From: Synechococcales cyanobacterium VAR_4_metabat_354
GTDB taxonomy: Bacteria; Cyanobacteriota; Cyanobacteriia; Cyanobacteriales; Chamaesiphonaceae
DNA length: 64,000 nucleotides
Assembly (NCBI GenBank): GCA_031414775.1
Contig: JANOQI010000016.1
Location: 256,001-320,000 of the forward strand
Reading direction: 5' to 3'
The notes beneath the pieces are model-generated. The model was not told where the DNA came from and ran no database searches. It saw only the letters and a program-made list of their open reading frames with translations. The translations under genes were made by a program, and so were the position numbers. Shown piece after piece: positions 20,340 to 30,607 of this stretch. Every line of letters begins with the position of its first letter. Positions within the stretch are counted from its first letter, which is position 1.

Positions 20340-21464
20340 TTATACCGAGCTGATTGCTAACACCGCATTTTGGCCGCCAAATCCGAAACTCCAGCAGAGG
20401 ATGTTCTGAAGATCCGTCGGACGAGCAGTATTAATAATATCTAATTCATCAAAGTTTGTTGCCCGACAGCCTACCGAGGGCGGCAAAACTTGGTGATGCA
20501 GGGCTAAGCAAGCAAATGCCACCCCCATCGCCGCTGAAGCTCCCAAGGTGTGACCGATGGCTCCCTTACTGCCGCCCATCGGCAGCGACTGCGGCCATAT
20601 TTTCCGGACTAAATTGGCTTCATTCTGGTCGTTGAGTTGGGTGGCGGTTCCATGCACATGGATATAGTCAATATCGGTAGTTTGCAGCTGACTAGTTTGT
20701 AAGCACTGTTGGATCGCGGCCAGGGCGCTACTGCCATGGGGTTCGATCGCACAGGCATGGTAAGCATCGTTAGTAAGACCACCACCTCGAATTTGTCCAT
20801 AGATTTTAGCCCCCCGACGTTCGGCGTTGCACCTTTCTTCTAGGGTAAAGATTGCTCCTCCTTCGCCGAGAACTAAACCTTGCCGCTGTCGATCGAACGG
20901 ATAACAGCCCGTCGTGGCCAAGACCCCTAACTGCTGAAAACCAGTAATCGTCAAAGGGCTAATGGGGGCTTCTACGGCTCCCACCAACGCTTGTGGGTAT
21001 TGGCCACTAGCCACTAATTGATAGCCCCGTTCGATCGACCAAATCCCCGTAGAACAAGCGGCCAGCGGTGCCAACATCGCGGCCTGTGTCCCAATTTGTC
21101 GCGCCACATTAATTGCTAACATGTGCGGCAAATATTCCAAGATCGGGAAGTCTGCACCGCTGTGATTAAACTGCTCCCAGATCGGCTGATAAGCACGACT
21201 AGAACCGATCACCACCGCACAGTTTGGTAGCGGAGTTTGCCAACCAGCATCGGCGAGAGCAGCAGTCACTAGCTGAGCCGTCAGGACATTGAGGACTTGA
21301 GGGGCAGTGGCGATCATGGCCAAGGGTACCGCTGGCAATTCTGGAAAAATGTGCTGCATCCTAATGCCGGTCTCAGCACGTAATAGTTTTGACCAGCTAT
21401 TTCCTAAGTCACCCAGAGCGGACTGGAGACCAATGCCGGTGATCACTACTTCGTTGTTATTCAT
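20340..21464 (-). CDS. Beta-ketoacyl-ACP synthase, short FabF-like paralog
   Basis: AACSTG catalytic Cys, HGTAT, KGAIGHTLGA, SFGFGGQNA. Confidence 0.88.
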   Translation of the reverse strand: MNNNEVVITGIGLQSALGDLGNSWSKLLRAETGIRMQHIFPELPAVPLAMIATAPQVLNVLTAQLVTAALADAGWQTPLPNCAVVIGSSRAYQPIWEQFNHSGADFPILEYLPHMLAINVARQIGTQAAMLAPLAACSTGIWSIERGYQLVASGQYPQALVGAVEAPISPLTITGFQQLGVLATTGCYPFDRQRQGLVLGEGGAIFTLEERCNAERRGAKIYGQIRGGGLTNDAYHACAIEPHGSSALAAIQQCLQTSQLQTTDIDYIHVHGTATQLNDQNEANLVRKIWPQSLPMGGSKGAIGHTLGASAAMGVAFACLALHHQVLPPSVGCRATNFDELDIINTARPTDLQNILCWSFGFGGQNAVLAISSV

Positions 21465-21479
21465 GCTGAAACTACCTAA

Positions 21480-21509
21480 AACAAAAGACGCCGAATCAGC
21501 GTCTTTGTT
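21480..21509 (-). terminator. Probable terminator hairpin downstream of tRNA-Asp
   Basis: AACAAAAGACG...CGTCTTTGTT imperfect inverted repeat. Confidence 0.55.
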
Positions 21510-21522
21510 AATTATCTATTTA

Positions 21523-21596
21523 CGGGATTGACGGGACTCGAACCCGCGACCTCTGCCGTGACAGGGCAGCGCTCTAACCAACTGAGCTACAATCCC
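21523..21596 (-). tRNA. trnD: tRNA-Asp (anticodon GTC)
   Basis: Reverse complement reads GGGATTGTAGCTCAGTTGGTTAGAGCGCTGCCCT-GTC-ACGGCAGAGGTCGCGGGTTCGAGTCCCGTCAATCCCG. Confidence 0.96.
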
Positions 21597-21727
21597 AATT
21601 TTTCAGACATTTACGATTATCACTTGAATTTCTACGGCTGTCAAGAATTTCATAAAAATAAAGTTGTGATGTTCTCCACTAGGAGAGTGGCCAGTATTTT
21701 AAGTACTAGCCACCATTCTGAATATTT

Positions 21728-23284
21728 CTAATGTAAGAAATGGCGTTTGCCAGTAAATACCATTACTACTCCCAGTTCATTCGCCGCTACGATCGAATCT
21801 TGATCGCGCATACTGCCGCCCGGTTGGATAATGGCTGTAATGCCTGCTGCTGCTGCTGTTCGCACCGAGTCATCGAAGGGAAAAAAGCCATCGCTAGCTA
21901 AAATGGCATCCTGAGCCGCAGTTCCGGCTTGAGCTAAGGCAATTTGGGTAGAGCCGACTCGATTCATCTGGCCAGCACCGATCCCGATGGTGGCGGAGTT
22001 TTTACTAACCACAATCGCATTGGACTTCACATGCTTGGATACTTTCCAGGCAAAGAGGAGTTCTTGGAGTTGGTCGGCCGTAGGCTGTTGAGTGGTTACA
22101 ATTTGCCAGTCGGTGGTTAGCTCGATGGCATCATCGGCGGCTTGAAGCAAATAACCACCAGCGATCGCTTTGATTTGCATCGGACTCGGTGCCGTGAGGT
22201 CGGCCAGAGTCAGTACCCGCAGATTTTTTTTCGTGGCTAAAATTGCCAAGGCTTCAGGAGTACAATCTGGTGCCACAATACATTCCAGAAAAGTTTTGGT
22301 CAGGGAGGTAGCAGTGTCGGCATCGATCGATTGATTGAGAGCCACAATTCCCCCAAAAGCGGAGGTGGCATCAGCTAAATAGGCTTTTTCATAAGCTGCG
22401 AGCAAGGTATCACCTAAAGCTGTGCCACAGGGATTGTTATGCTTAATGATAGTGGCTGCTGGTCGATCGGGAAACTCAGTAATAATTTGCCGAGCCGCTT
22501 CTAAATCGACCAAGTTGTTATAGCTTAATTCTTTGCCCTGTAATTGAACAGCGGCTGCCCAGCCGGTAGCTGTGGCTCCGGTTCGATACCAAGCTGCTGG
22601 TTGATGTGGATTTTCGCCGTAGCGCAAAACCTGTTGCTGTTGACCAGTGGGGGGCTGATAAATAGTTGGTAGCTCTGATGACTCAGCGGATGGCTCAGCC
22701 TGAGATGCCAGGTAGACGGCGATTGCTTGGTCGTAGCTAGCGGTGTGACCAAAAGCTTCTAAAGCTTGGGCTTGGCGGAAAGAGCTGGTCGCTTGACCAT
22801 TATTATCGGTTAATTCTTGGAGATAGTTATAGTACTGATTGGGGTTGGTCAAAACAGTGAGATGGGCAAAGTTTTTGGCCGCTGCCCGAATCATGGCTGG
22901 GCCACCAATATCGATTTGTTCGATCGCCTCAGCCAGCGTGACATGGGGCTTGTTAATGGTTTCGGTGAAGGGGTAAAGATTGACGACTACTAGATCGATC
23001 GCCCGGATTCCTTGGGTGTCTAAGTCGGCTAGGTCGGTAGCTAAATCTTTCCGCGCCAAAATGCCACCATGAATTTTAGGATGTAGCGTTTTAACCCGCC
23101 CACCCAGAATTTCGGGAGCACCAGTATAGTCCGCCACCTTCGTGACTGGAATACCGGCAGCTTTCAGCGCTTGGGCGGTGCCACCGCTACTCACAATATC
23201 AAATTTAAATTGGTCTACCAACTGTCTAGCAAATTCGACGAGACCAGTTTTATTAGAAACACTCAACAACGCCAAAGGTGCCAT
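21728..23284 (-). CDS. purH: Bifunctional AICAR transformylase/IMP cyclohydrolase
   Basis: GGRVKTLHPKIHGG, IDIGGP, LRYGENPHQ, KHNNPCG, ASDGFFPF, RHFLH. Confidence 0.96.
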   Translation of the reverse strand: MAPLALLSVSNKTGLVEFARQLVDQFKFDIVSSGGTAQALKAAGIPVTKVADYTGAPEILGGRVKTLHPKIHGGILARKDLATDLADLDTQGIRAIDLVVVNLYPFTETINKPHVTLAEAIEQIDIGGPAMIRAAAKNFAHLTVLTNPNQYYNYLQELTDNNGQATSSFRQAQALEAFGHTASYDQAIAVYLASQAEPSAESSELPTIYQPPTGQQQQVLRYGENPHQPAAWYRTGATATGWAAAVQLQGKELSYNNLVDLEAARQIITEFPDRPAATIIKHNNPCGTALGDTLLAAYEKAYLADATSAFGGIVALNQSIDADTATSLTKTFLECIVAPDCTPEALAILATKKNLRVLTLADLTAPSPMQIKAIAGGYLLQAADDAIELTTDWQIVTTQQPTADQLQELLFAWKVSKHVKSNAIVVSKNSATIGIGAGQMNRVGSTQIALAQAGTAAQDAILASDGFFPFDDSVRTAAAAGITAIIQPGGSMRDQDSIVAANELGVVMVFTGKRHFLH

Positions 23285-23318
23285 AAATTCTACAACTCTT
23301 CAAATTCAGAAGTTAACA

Positions 23319-23549
23319 TTATAGGCCGTGGGTAGGAGCAGCCTCTAAGTATTGGTTGCCAATTAGAAAATTGCCCCGATCGAACTTCACGGCCCAATGA
23401 TCGCCAGGGTGTCGATCGATCACCGTCCCGACTTCACCCAAACTAACTAATTGAGCTGGTCGCAACATCGGCATCGGATCAGCAGTTTTGACATAAGGCG
23501 GCAGCATAATAATTTTCACACTGGATCCGATCGCAAATTCTTTAGACAT
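23319..23549 (-). CDS. sipA: SipA (DUF3148), NblS/Hik33-interacting protein
   Basis: PPYVKTADPMPMLRP signature and WAVKF.RG.FL. Confidence 0.85.
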   Translation of the reverse strand: MSKEFAIGSSVKIIMLPPYVKTADPMPMLRPAQLVSLGEVGTVIDRHPGDHWAVKFDRGNFLIGNQYLEAAPTHGL

Positions 23550-23587
23550 ATTTTCGGTGGTAATTATATTGACCCCCAAAAGCTCGT

Positions 23588-24778
23588 CTAAGGCTGCGGA
23601 GTAACCTTGAGCTGAGGCGGAGCCGTTGATTTTATGGCCGGTTTAGCATACTCTTGCTGGACAATCTTAGACGATTTCTGGATTAGCTCTACAGCTTGGT
23701 CATCACCACTGGGTCTGATCACCATAGCCGCCAACACATACTTTTGCTGTCCAGGTAACTCAATCAGTCCGACATCTGCCACTAAGCCAGCAATGTCACC
23801 AGTTTTGTGAGCGATTTTAGTTTTAGGCTCTAAACCCCCAGACAGCATCAGGTTACGGTTGGTTTTGGTTTTGCCCAACATCGCGAGCACCTGTCGCCGC
23901 GCAGTGGATGACAGTAAAGATCCCTGGTCGAGACGTTGCAACAGGTTAGCTAGCTCCCGAGGGCTAGAGACATTAGTCCCAGCGAAATCCGGTAAAAGAC
24001 TTTTGATGGTGGTATTGGCCAGCCCCCAACTCCGAAATTGGGTATTTAATTTATCTTGGCCACCTAAACGCTTAATTAACAAATTTGTCGCGGTATTGTC
24101 ATTGTCCACAATCATCTTAGTGGCACTGTCTAACACCGTAAACTTAGAACCCACTGGTTGCATGGCCATATCTCCATTACCAGCAGCGATCATTGATTTC
24201 TCAAACATCAACTTCTCATTTAGTTGCAGCTGTTGGCGATCGATCTGCTGAAATAAAGCAATCAAAATGGGGATTTTAATAGTACCTGCTGCTGGTATTT
24301 CACTAGTTCCCTGCACATCCACCATTTCTTTACTTGTCAAATTCAGTAACGATAAATGTAGCTTTAGCTGAGGATACTGAGCAGCTAGCTGTTGCAGCTT
24401 TTGTTTCAGCTCCGTATTTTCCTTTTTGAAAACAGCTGGACTTGTTAGCTTTTGTGCGGTGGGCGCAGATGTAGAATTCTTGGCGAGTAGCGGTCGGGGT
24501 AATGGTTGGACAATCGATAGGATCGTACCTGCAATTGTGCTGGCTCCCAGTAATCCAATTAGCAGTCGCACCAAATAAACATAGACAGGTACTAGCGTTG
24601 CGGGCTGCTCAATCTGTAGCTTTTTGGAGCGCATGAGCATGGCCTGACCAGTAATTGGCAACGCAATCCTTTGATTGCGCTGTATTCTGATGCGCTGAGC
24701 GTGCTTACGCTGTCGGCGGCGCAGCAATTTAGGCCATAACGAACGATTGATTTTGGAAGCTGGGAGGCGGCGCACCAT
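23588..24778 (-). CDS. Membrane-anchored class A beta-lactamase-fold (serine hydrolase) protein, catalytic serines absent
   Basis: N-terminal TM; PAAGTIK at the SxxK position, NDN at the SDN position, intact HKTG. Confidence 0.85.
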   Translation of the reverse strand: MVRRLPASKINRSLWPKLLRRRQRKHAQRIRIQRNQRIALPITGQAMLMRSKKLQIEQPATLVPVYVYLVRLLIGLLGASTIAGTILSIVQPLPRPLLAKNSTSAPTAQKLTSPAVFKKENTELKQKLQQLAAQYPQLKLHLSLLNLTSKEMVDVQGTSEIPAAGTIKIPILIALFQQIDRQQLQLNEKLMFEKSMIAAGNGDMAMQPVGSKFTVLDSATKMIVDNDNTATNLLIKRLGGQDKLNTQFRSWGLANTTIKSLLPDFAGTNVSSPRELANLLQRLDQGSLLSSTARRQVLAMLGKTKTNRNLMLSGGLEPKTKIAHKTGDIAGLVADVGLIELPGQQKYVLAAMVIRPSGDDQAVELIQKSSKIVQQEYAKPAIKSTAPPQLKVTPQP

Positions 24779-24826
24779 AAAGACCGTCTGATAAAGAACT
24801 GATTTTCTAGTCTATCATCAAAGAAT

Positions 24827-27800
24827 CTACCAAGCTTTTTTCGTCCCATGACGGGCTTGCTCGTAGCAGGCCAATGCTTCTGGAATCCGACCCAGCTGAC
24901 TCAAAACTCGTCCTCTATTGAACCAAGCCTCTTTCTCTTCTGGATCTAGTTCGATCGCTTGCTCATAACAGAATAAGGCATCGTCGAGTTTGTTTAGTTC
25001 TAGCAAGCAATTACCTCGATTGTTCCATGCTTGGGGCAAATCTGCTTTGATTTTGAGCGCTTCTTCGTAGCTATTCATCGCCGCCTCAAAATCTTGGGAC
25101 TGGAATAATAAATTGCCATGACGTAACCAGGCTGAAAAAAAGCTGGGCTGAATTCTTAACGCTTTTTCGAGGCTATCGATCGCCTCAGGATGCCGATGCA
25201 ATTTTTCTAATACCCCAGATTGCTGATACCAAACTTGGCTATCCCCACTCTCCAAACTTAGACTCCGTTGGAAGCAAGCCAACGCTTGCGGATGACGACA
25301 CAGCTGGTCGAATAAAGAACCCAAACTACCCCAAGCTACGGCACTTTGAGGAGCTATTTTGGTAGCTCGACGATAACTATGCAAAGCCGCTGTTGTCTCC
25401 CCTTGTTGTATCTGCACTAGTCCTTTCTGAATCCAAGACTGATAGTGATCAGGAGTGTAGTTTAAAACTTGATCATACGCTGCTAGGGCATCTTGCCAGC
25501 GGGCTGTCTGTTGCAGAGAAATCCCCCGCAAATAGTAAGCCTGACTTTCTGCTGGTTTCAGAGCTAGACAATTATCAAAACACACTAAAGCATCATCGTG
25601 TTGGTTTAGTTGTGCTAAAGCGATACCTCTATTAACCCATACCAAATGATCATGGGGATTAATTTCAGCACTTTGGACATAACATTCCATCGCTTCTTGC
25701 CATTGGTTGAGCTGTTGTAGTGCCAGCCCCCGATTATTCCAAGCACTTGCTTCCCGAGGTTTGATGGCCACGCAACGGGCGTGAGCCGCTGCAGCCTCCG
25801 CATAGCGCTGGAGATGAAATAATGCTTTACCCCGATTATTCCAGCCTTGGTGAAATTCCGGATGAATAGCTAACGCCCGATCGTAGCTATCAATTGCTTC
25901 GTGATAACGTTGTAAGCAGCCTAAAACATTGCCGTGGTTGTTCCAGGCACAGTAATCCTTGGGCGCTAATGCCAACACTTGCTGGTAGCTGGCTAAGGAT
26001 AGCTCTAATTTGTTTTGTCTGAATAAAATATTACCCTGCTGATACCAGGCCGGATGATGGTTGGGATTGATGGCTAAACATTCTTTGAAGCAATCCAGCG
26101 CTTCACTAAAACGCTCTTGCTGAAAGAAAATATTGCCCTGCTGGTGCCAAGCTAAGTAAAAATTGCACTGGCAGGACAAAGCACGCTGATAACTGGCTAG
26201 GGCATCATCAGAACGATCTAATACTGCTAGGAGATCACCCCGGTGAAACCAAGCTTCCGCATTCAATGGATCAATGTTGATCGATTGACGGTAGGCTGCC
26301 GTAGCTTCCACTAAACGGCCTAACTCAAAACAGCTACATCCCAAATACTGCCAGGCAATTGAAGCCTGACTACTCTGTTGTGACTTAGTCGCTAGGGCGA
26401 GACTAGCCACTGCGGCTGGAAAATGACCAAGGTGGTATTGAATGATGCCTAATTGTTGGATGTAGGCACCTTCATTTTCTACCAAAGAGAGAGCCTTTTG
26501 CACTGCGACTAAGGCATCCATCCACCGATTAGCTTTTCCTAGTACTATACTGTAGTGGTTCCAAACCAGGGCTTGCTTCCCATCGTAGCGTAAGGTTTGA
26601 ACATAAGCATCTACAGCTGCTGGCCACTGTTCCAATTTACTGAACATCTGAGCCTGATGGCACCAAGCAGTGAACAACTGTGCTGGTTGCTGGGCAATAT
26701 TAGTGGCATTTTGATAACAAGACAAAGCCTCAGGCCACCGACTCATCTGCACACAAGATTCACCATAACTCAAGAATAGATCGTAGTTGTCCGGTTGCAA
26801 CTGAGCAGCTTTGCCATAGCATTTGCTGGCATTTAACCATTGATTTTGCTGAGATAGAGCTTGTCCTTGCTGGTACCAGGCACTGCCAAAATCTGGCTGA
26901 ATTTCCGTAGCTCGCTGGAAAGCGGTGACGGCATCTGCCCACCGACCACTCTGGCTGAGCAAACTTCCTAAGCCATACCAACTAGTTTGATCCTGCGGCT
27001 CGTGAACCAGAGCTTGCTGGTAACAATCTAAAGACTCTTCGATCCGATCGATCTGTGCCAAAGCACTGGCTAAGTTGCGCCAAGCTGGATGATAGTCAGG
27101 CTTTAAGGTGGTTGCCCGCTGGTAGCTATCGATCGCCTCCACACTTTGACCCAAGTTGAGCAAAGCCAATCCCCGATCGTTCCAGCATTTAAAATCAGTC
27201 GGGACGATTGTCAAGGCTTGATTGTAGCTAGTGAGTGCTAGGTCGAAGCGCTGCAATTGCAAGAGAGCATTAGCTTGTTCACACCAGGCTAGTTGAATTC
27301 CTGAGTCGATTTGGATCGCTTTTCGATAGCTTTGCAAAGCATCTTCCTGGCTACCTATTTGCCAAAGGACATTACCGCGCTGGCACCAAACATCATAACT
27401 ACCTGGTGCTAATGCTGCCGCTCGGTCATAGTCAGCAATTGCCTCGGCATAGCGTTCTTGCTGGCAGAGGGCTTGACCTCTGCCTTGATAAGCTGGCGCG
27501 AATTCACTATTTTGAGCTAACACCTTGTCATAGTTAGCAATAGCATGTTCATAGCGACCCAACTCTCTTAGAGAATTGCCATGTTCATACCAAGCCTGAT
27601 AAAGCTGTGGATCGAGCTTTAATGACCGGTCGTAGCTAGCTAAAGACTCATTGTAGTTACCCAGCGTCGCTAACTCACATCCTTGCTCGTACCAGAATTC
27701 AGCCTGGTCTGGCAAGACATTAATGGCTTTTTGATAGCCAGCTAGCGCCTCTTGGTGCTGGCCCAGCTTTGACAGTGCTAGACTGCGGCCATACCAAAAC

Positions 27801-29689
27801 TCAGCATTACCATCGCTCAGAGCTAAAGCCCGATCAAAACTATCTAATGCTTTTTTCCAAGATTCCAAACTCAACAATAGCTTGCCATGGGATTGCCAAA
27901 GATAAGGATCTTGCGTTTCATATTGCAATGCGCTTTCAAAACTAGCCAGAGCTTCCGTTGTTTGGCCAATTTTGATCAAAGCTTTCCCTCGACTACACCA
28001 AGCTTGATAGTAATCTGGCTGTTGCTTAAGTGCTTTGTTATAGCAATCGACGGCTTCTGAGTAATGACCCAAATGCACTAAGATAAAGCCAAGATTATTC
28101 CAGCCCGGCGGATAATCTGACTTGATATTTAGACATTGCTCATAACTAGAGCGAGCTTGCTCTAACCGATTCAGCTCAAACAGAGCCATGCCACGATTAT
28201 ACCAGGCGCGATAGAACTGCGGTTGCAGCTGGAGAGTGTAGTCATAGCGAATGATCGCCTCCTCATAGTTACCCATCTGAAAGTAAGCTACTCCCAAGTT
28301 ATTCCAAGCCGTGTGCAAATCTGGTTGCACCTGGATCGCTTGCTGATAGCTGCGGATGGCTTCATCATATTGCTCTAACTTCGATAGAGCTTTACCTCGA
28401 TCGTTCCAAACTGCGGCATGGTAAGCATCTATGGCCAAGAATTGGTCATAAGAAGCTACCGCCTCTTCGTACTTCTCTAATTTGAATAAAGCTTTGCCCT
28501 GATTAAGACAGGTTTCCAAGTCATGATGCTGAACTTTGTGGTGGACTTGATTAACATGCTGAAAACACTCTAAGGCTTCTTGCTGCCGATCGAGTTGCAT
28601 CAGCAGATCTCCCCGCGCCGTCCAGCCCTCTAAAAACTGAGGAGCCAGACTAGTTACCTTTTCATAGTGCTCTAAGGCTAGTAAAGGCTGACCTAAATGT
28701 ACTAAAACATTGCCAGCATAATGCCAAGCCTGGTAAAAATCTGGTTGATGGATAACAGCTTGGTCATAGCAATGCAGCGCTTGAGATAACTCACCCAAAT
28801 AGAAATGGGTCTTGCCAAAATTCACCCAAGCTTGATGGAAATCTGGCTGAACCTTCACGGCTTTACCGTAAGCAGCCAAAGCTTTTTCAAACTTCTGCTG
28901 TTCAAACGAAACAACACCTAAATTATTCCAAGCTTGCGCGAACTTGGAATCAAAGTCGATGGCCTGTCGATAGCAGTCGGCGGCCTTGTCTAACTCCCCA
29001 AGTTGGCAAAGTACCTGACCAAAGTTATTCCAAGCATAAGGGTCTTCGGCATTGATGCTCAAACTACGCTCATAACAATGACGAGCTTCAGTCAACCGCC
29101 CTAAATTGAATAAAACCCAGCCACAATTACTCCAAATATGATAGTCATCGGGCTTAGTCTCCAAAACTTGATCGAAAGCAGCCAGGGCATCAGGATAAAG
29201 ACGCAACGATGTTAGAACTTGGGCGCGTTGCTCCCGCGAAAATTCATCTTGGTGATTAAGCTCTAAGCTCCGGTCAAAACTAGCTAGGGCATTTTGATAG
29301 TTTCCTAGTTGGCTTTCGATCCATCCCAAGTCTCCCCAAGCTGAATAATCATCGGGTAGCAGTGTGACTACTTTTTCGTAAGCGACACCAGCTTCTGGTA
29401 AGCGTTGCAAACCAACCAAACACCAGGCGATACTCTGCCAAGCTCTAGGCTGATGGGGCTGAATTGTTACTGCTTTTTGATAACAAGACAAGGCATATTC
29501 TAGCTGTCCAGCATCTCGATAAAAATTACCTTGATGGTACCAAGCTACTGGATCATCAATATCTATGGGTTTTGCAAAGCTGTCATTATTTGGTTTGATG
29601 ATGGTAGTATCACCCTCCACAGGTATTTCAGGGGGCACCATCGGCCTCGATTGGTTGGATGTGCCCCGATGCCATATTTTATTCAACAT
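24827..29689 (-). CDS. Very large tetratricopeptide-repeat protein (about 45 TPRs)
   Basis: Continuous 34-aa AW.N.G..L..L..Y.EA...Y..AL...P periodicity over ~1570 aa. Confidence 0.93.
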   Translation of the reverse strand: MLNKIWHRGTSNQSRPMVPPEIPVEGDTTIIKPNNDSFAKPIDIDDPVAWYHQGNFYRDAGQLEYALSCYQKAVTIQPHQPRAWQSIAWCLVGLQRLPEAGVAYEKVVTLLPDDYSAWGDLGWIESQLGNYQNALASFDRSLELNHQDEFSREQRAQVLTSLRLYPDALAAFDQVLETKPDDYHIWSNCGWVLFNLGRLTEARHCYERSLSINAEDPYAWNNFGQVLCQLGELDKAADCYRQAIDFDSKFAQAWNNLGVVSFEQQKFEKALAAYGKAVKVQPDFHQAWVNFGKTHFYLGELSQALHCYDQAVIHQPDFYQAWHYAGNVLVHLGQPLLALEHYEKVTSLAPQFLEGWTARGDLLMQLDRQQEALECFQHVNQVHHKVQHHDLETCLNQGKALFKLEKYEEAVASYDQFLAIDAYHAAVWNDRGKALSKLEQYDEAIRSYQQAIQVQPDLHTAWNNLGVAYFQMGNYEEAIIRYDYTLQLQPQFYRAWYNRGMALFELNRLEQARSSYEQCLNIKSDYPPGWNNLGFILVHLGHYSEAVDCYNKALKQQPDYYQAWCSRGKALIKIGQTTEALASFESALQYETQDPYLWQSHGKLLLSLESWKKALDSFDRALALSDGNAEFWYGRSLALSKLGQHQEALAGYQKAINVLPDQAEFWYEQGCELATLGNYNESLASYDRSLKLDPQLYQAWYEHGNSLRELGRYEHAIANYDKVLAQNSEFAPAYQGRGQALCQQERYAEAIADYDRAAALAPGSYDVWCQRGNVLWQIGSQEDALQSYRKAIQIDSGIQLAWCEQANALLQLQRFDLALTSYNQALTIVPTDFKCWNDRGLALLNLGQSVEAIDSYQRATTLKPDYHPAWRNLASALAQIDRIEESLDCYQQALVHEPQDQTSWYGLGSLLSQSGRWADAVTAFQRATEIQPDFGSAWYQQGQALSQQNQWLNASKCYGKAAQLQPDNYDLFLSYGESCVQMSRWPEALSCYQNATNIAQQPAQLFTAWCHQAQMFSKLEQWPAAVDAYVQTLRYDGKQALVWNHYSIVLGKANRWMDALVAVQKALSLVENEGAYIQQLGIIQYHLGHFPAAVASLALATKSQQSSQASIAWQYLGCSCFELGRLVEATAAYRQSINIDPLNAEAWFHRGDLLAVLDRSDDALASYQRALSCQCNFYLAWHQQGNIFFQQERFSEALDCFKECLAINPNHHPAWYQQGNILFRQNKLELSLASYQQVLALAPKDYCAWNNHGNVLGCLQRYHEAIDSYDRALAIHPEFHQGWNNRGKALFHLQRYAEAAAAHARCVAIKPREASAWNNRGLALQQLNQWQEAMECYVQSAEINPHDHLVWVNRGIALAQLNQHDDALVCFDNCLALKPAESQAYYLRGISLQQTARWQDALAAYDQVLNYTPDHYQSWIQKGLVQIQQGETTAALHSYRRATKIAPQSAVAWGSLGSLFDQLCRHPQALACFQRSLSLESGDSQVWYQQSGVLEKLHRHPEAIDSLEKALRIQPSFFSAWLRHGNLLFQSQDFEAAMNSYEEALKIKADLPQAWNNRGNCLLELNKLDDALFCYEQAIELDPEEKEAWFNRGRVLSQLGRIPEALACYEQARHGTKKAW

Positions 29690-29822
29690 AATTATGCTGC
29701 TGAAGTAAGTCCTGTTTTTTGAACACTCTAGCTATTATTAATGTTTTCGAGATGCTTTGTTGGTTATATCTTCATCCAGATTTTATCATTGGCTGTATGT
29801 TTTGTCTTAAATCCATATCTTT

Positions 29823-30572
29823 ATGATCTTGAGTTCTACTGCTTATCTATTGCTAGCCCATGGTAGTCGCGATGCACGTACCACCACTGCTCTCAACCAG
29901 TTGACTAATGTCTGTAGTGCAAAATTAAAATTACTCAACACCGCGACACTCATTGGTACCGCTTATTTAGAATTGGCAGAACTACCGATTGTCGAGCAGC
30001 TGGTTTTATTTGCTAATCAAGCTATCCAGCAAAACTGCCAGCGGGTGAGAGTCTTACCGCTGTTTTTGGCTCCTGGCGTTCATGTTCTAGAAGATTTACC
30101 TAAAGCCATCCATCAGGCTCAAACCCAATTGTCAGATCGATCGCAATTGGAGCTACTACCTTATTTGGGAGCTAGCGCTGAGCTGCTCAAAATATTGCAA
30201 CATCACAGTCAGCAACTACCCGCTCACCAGATTTTTCTGGCTCATGGTAGCCAACAAGCTTCCGCTCAGGAGCTTCTGCTCACTATCGCTGCTAGCTTGA
30301 ATGCTACCCCAGCTTATTGGTCAGTCCAGCCTCACTTGCCAGAGCAAGTAAGCAAGCTAGCTGCCCACCATCTAAGCGAAATTGGGATCTTGCCCTACTT
30401 TTTATTTCCTGGTCGGATCAGTGCGGCAATTAGCGGAGTCATTAATGAGTTACAATCGCTTTTCCCGGATATTCAATTCCGATTTACCCAGGGCGAACTA
30501 GAAGCATCCCTGTTGTATAGAGATCCTCAACTTACTGACTTGTTGGTTCAGATGCTTCTGAATACCAATTGA
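29823..30572 (+). CDS. cbiX: Sirohydrochlorin chelatase CbiX family
   Basis: LLAHGSRD, AYLEL, PLFLAPGVHV.ED; second AHGS and PYFLF.G. Confidence 0.88.
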   Translation: MILSSTAYLLLAHGSRDARTTTALNQLTNVCSAKLKLLNTATLIGTAYLELAELPIVEQLVLFANQAIQQNCQRVRVLPLFLAPGVHVLEDLPKAIHQAQTQLSDRSQLELLPYLGASAELLKILQHHSQQLPAHQIFLAHGSQQASAQELLLTIAASLNATPAYWSVQPHLPEQVSKLAAHHLSEIGILPYFLFPGRISAAISGVINELQSLFPDIQFRFTQGELEASLLYRDPQLTDLLVQMLLNTN

Positions 30573-30607
30573 TTAAAAAACTACCGCAATTATCATTCAA
30601 TATATCG

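Noticed and set aside
21528..21731. 67-aa ORF MTGLEPATSAVTG...
   Set aside because: Translation of the antisense strand of tRNA-Asp.
23319..23549. NdhS as the identity of the small SH3-like protein
   Set aside because: The PPYVKTADPMPMLRP motif fits SipA, not NdhS.
24827..29689. Periodic sequence that might be a CRISPR or DNA repeat array
   Set aside because: The periodicity is protein-level TPR; there are no identical DNA repeats with spacers.
29690..29822. Cobalamin riboswitch upstream of cbiX-cobA
   Set aside because: Short AT-rich spacer without B12-box motifs.
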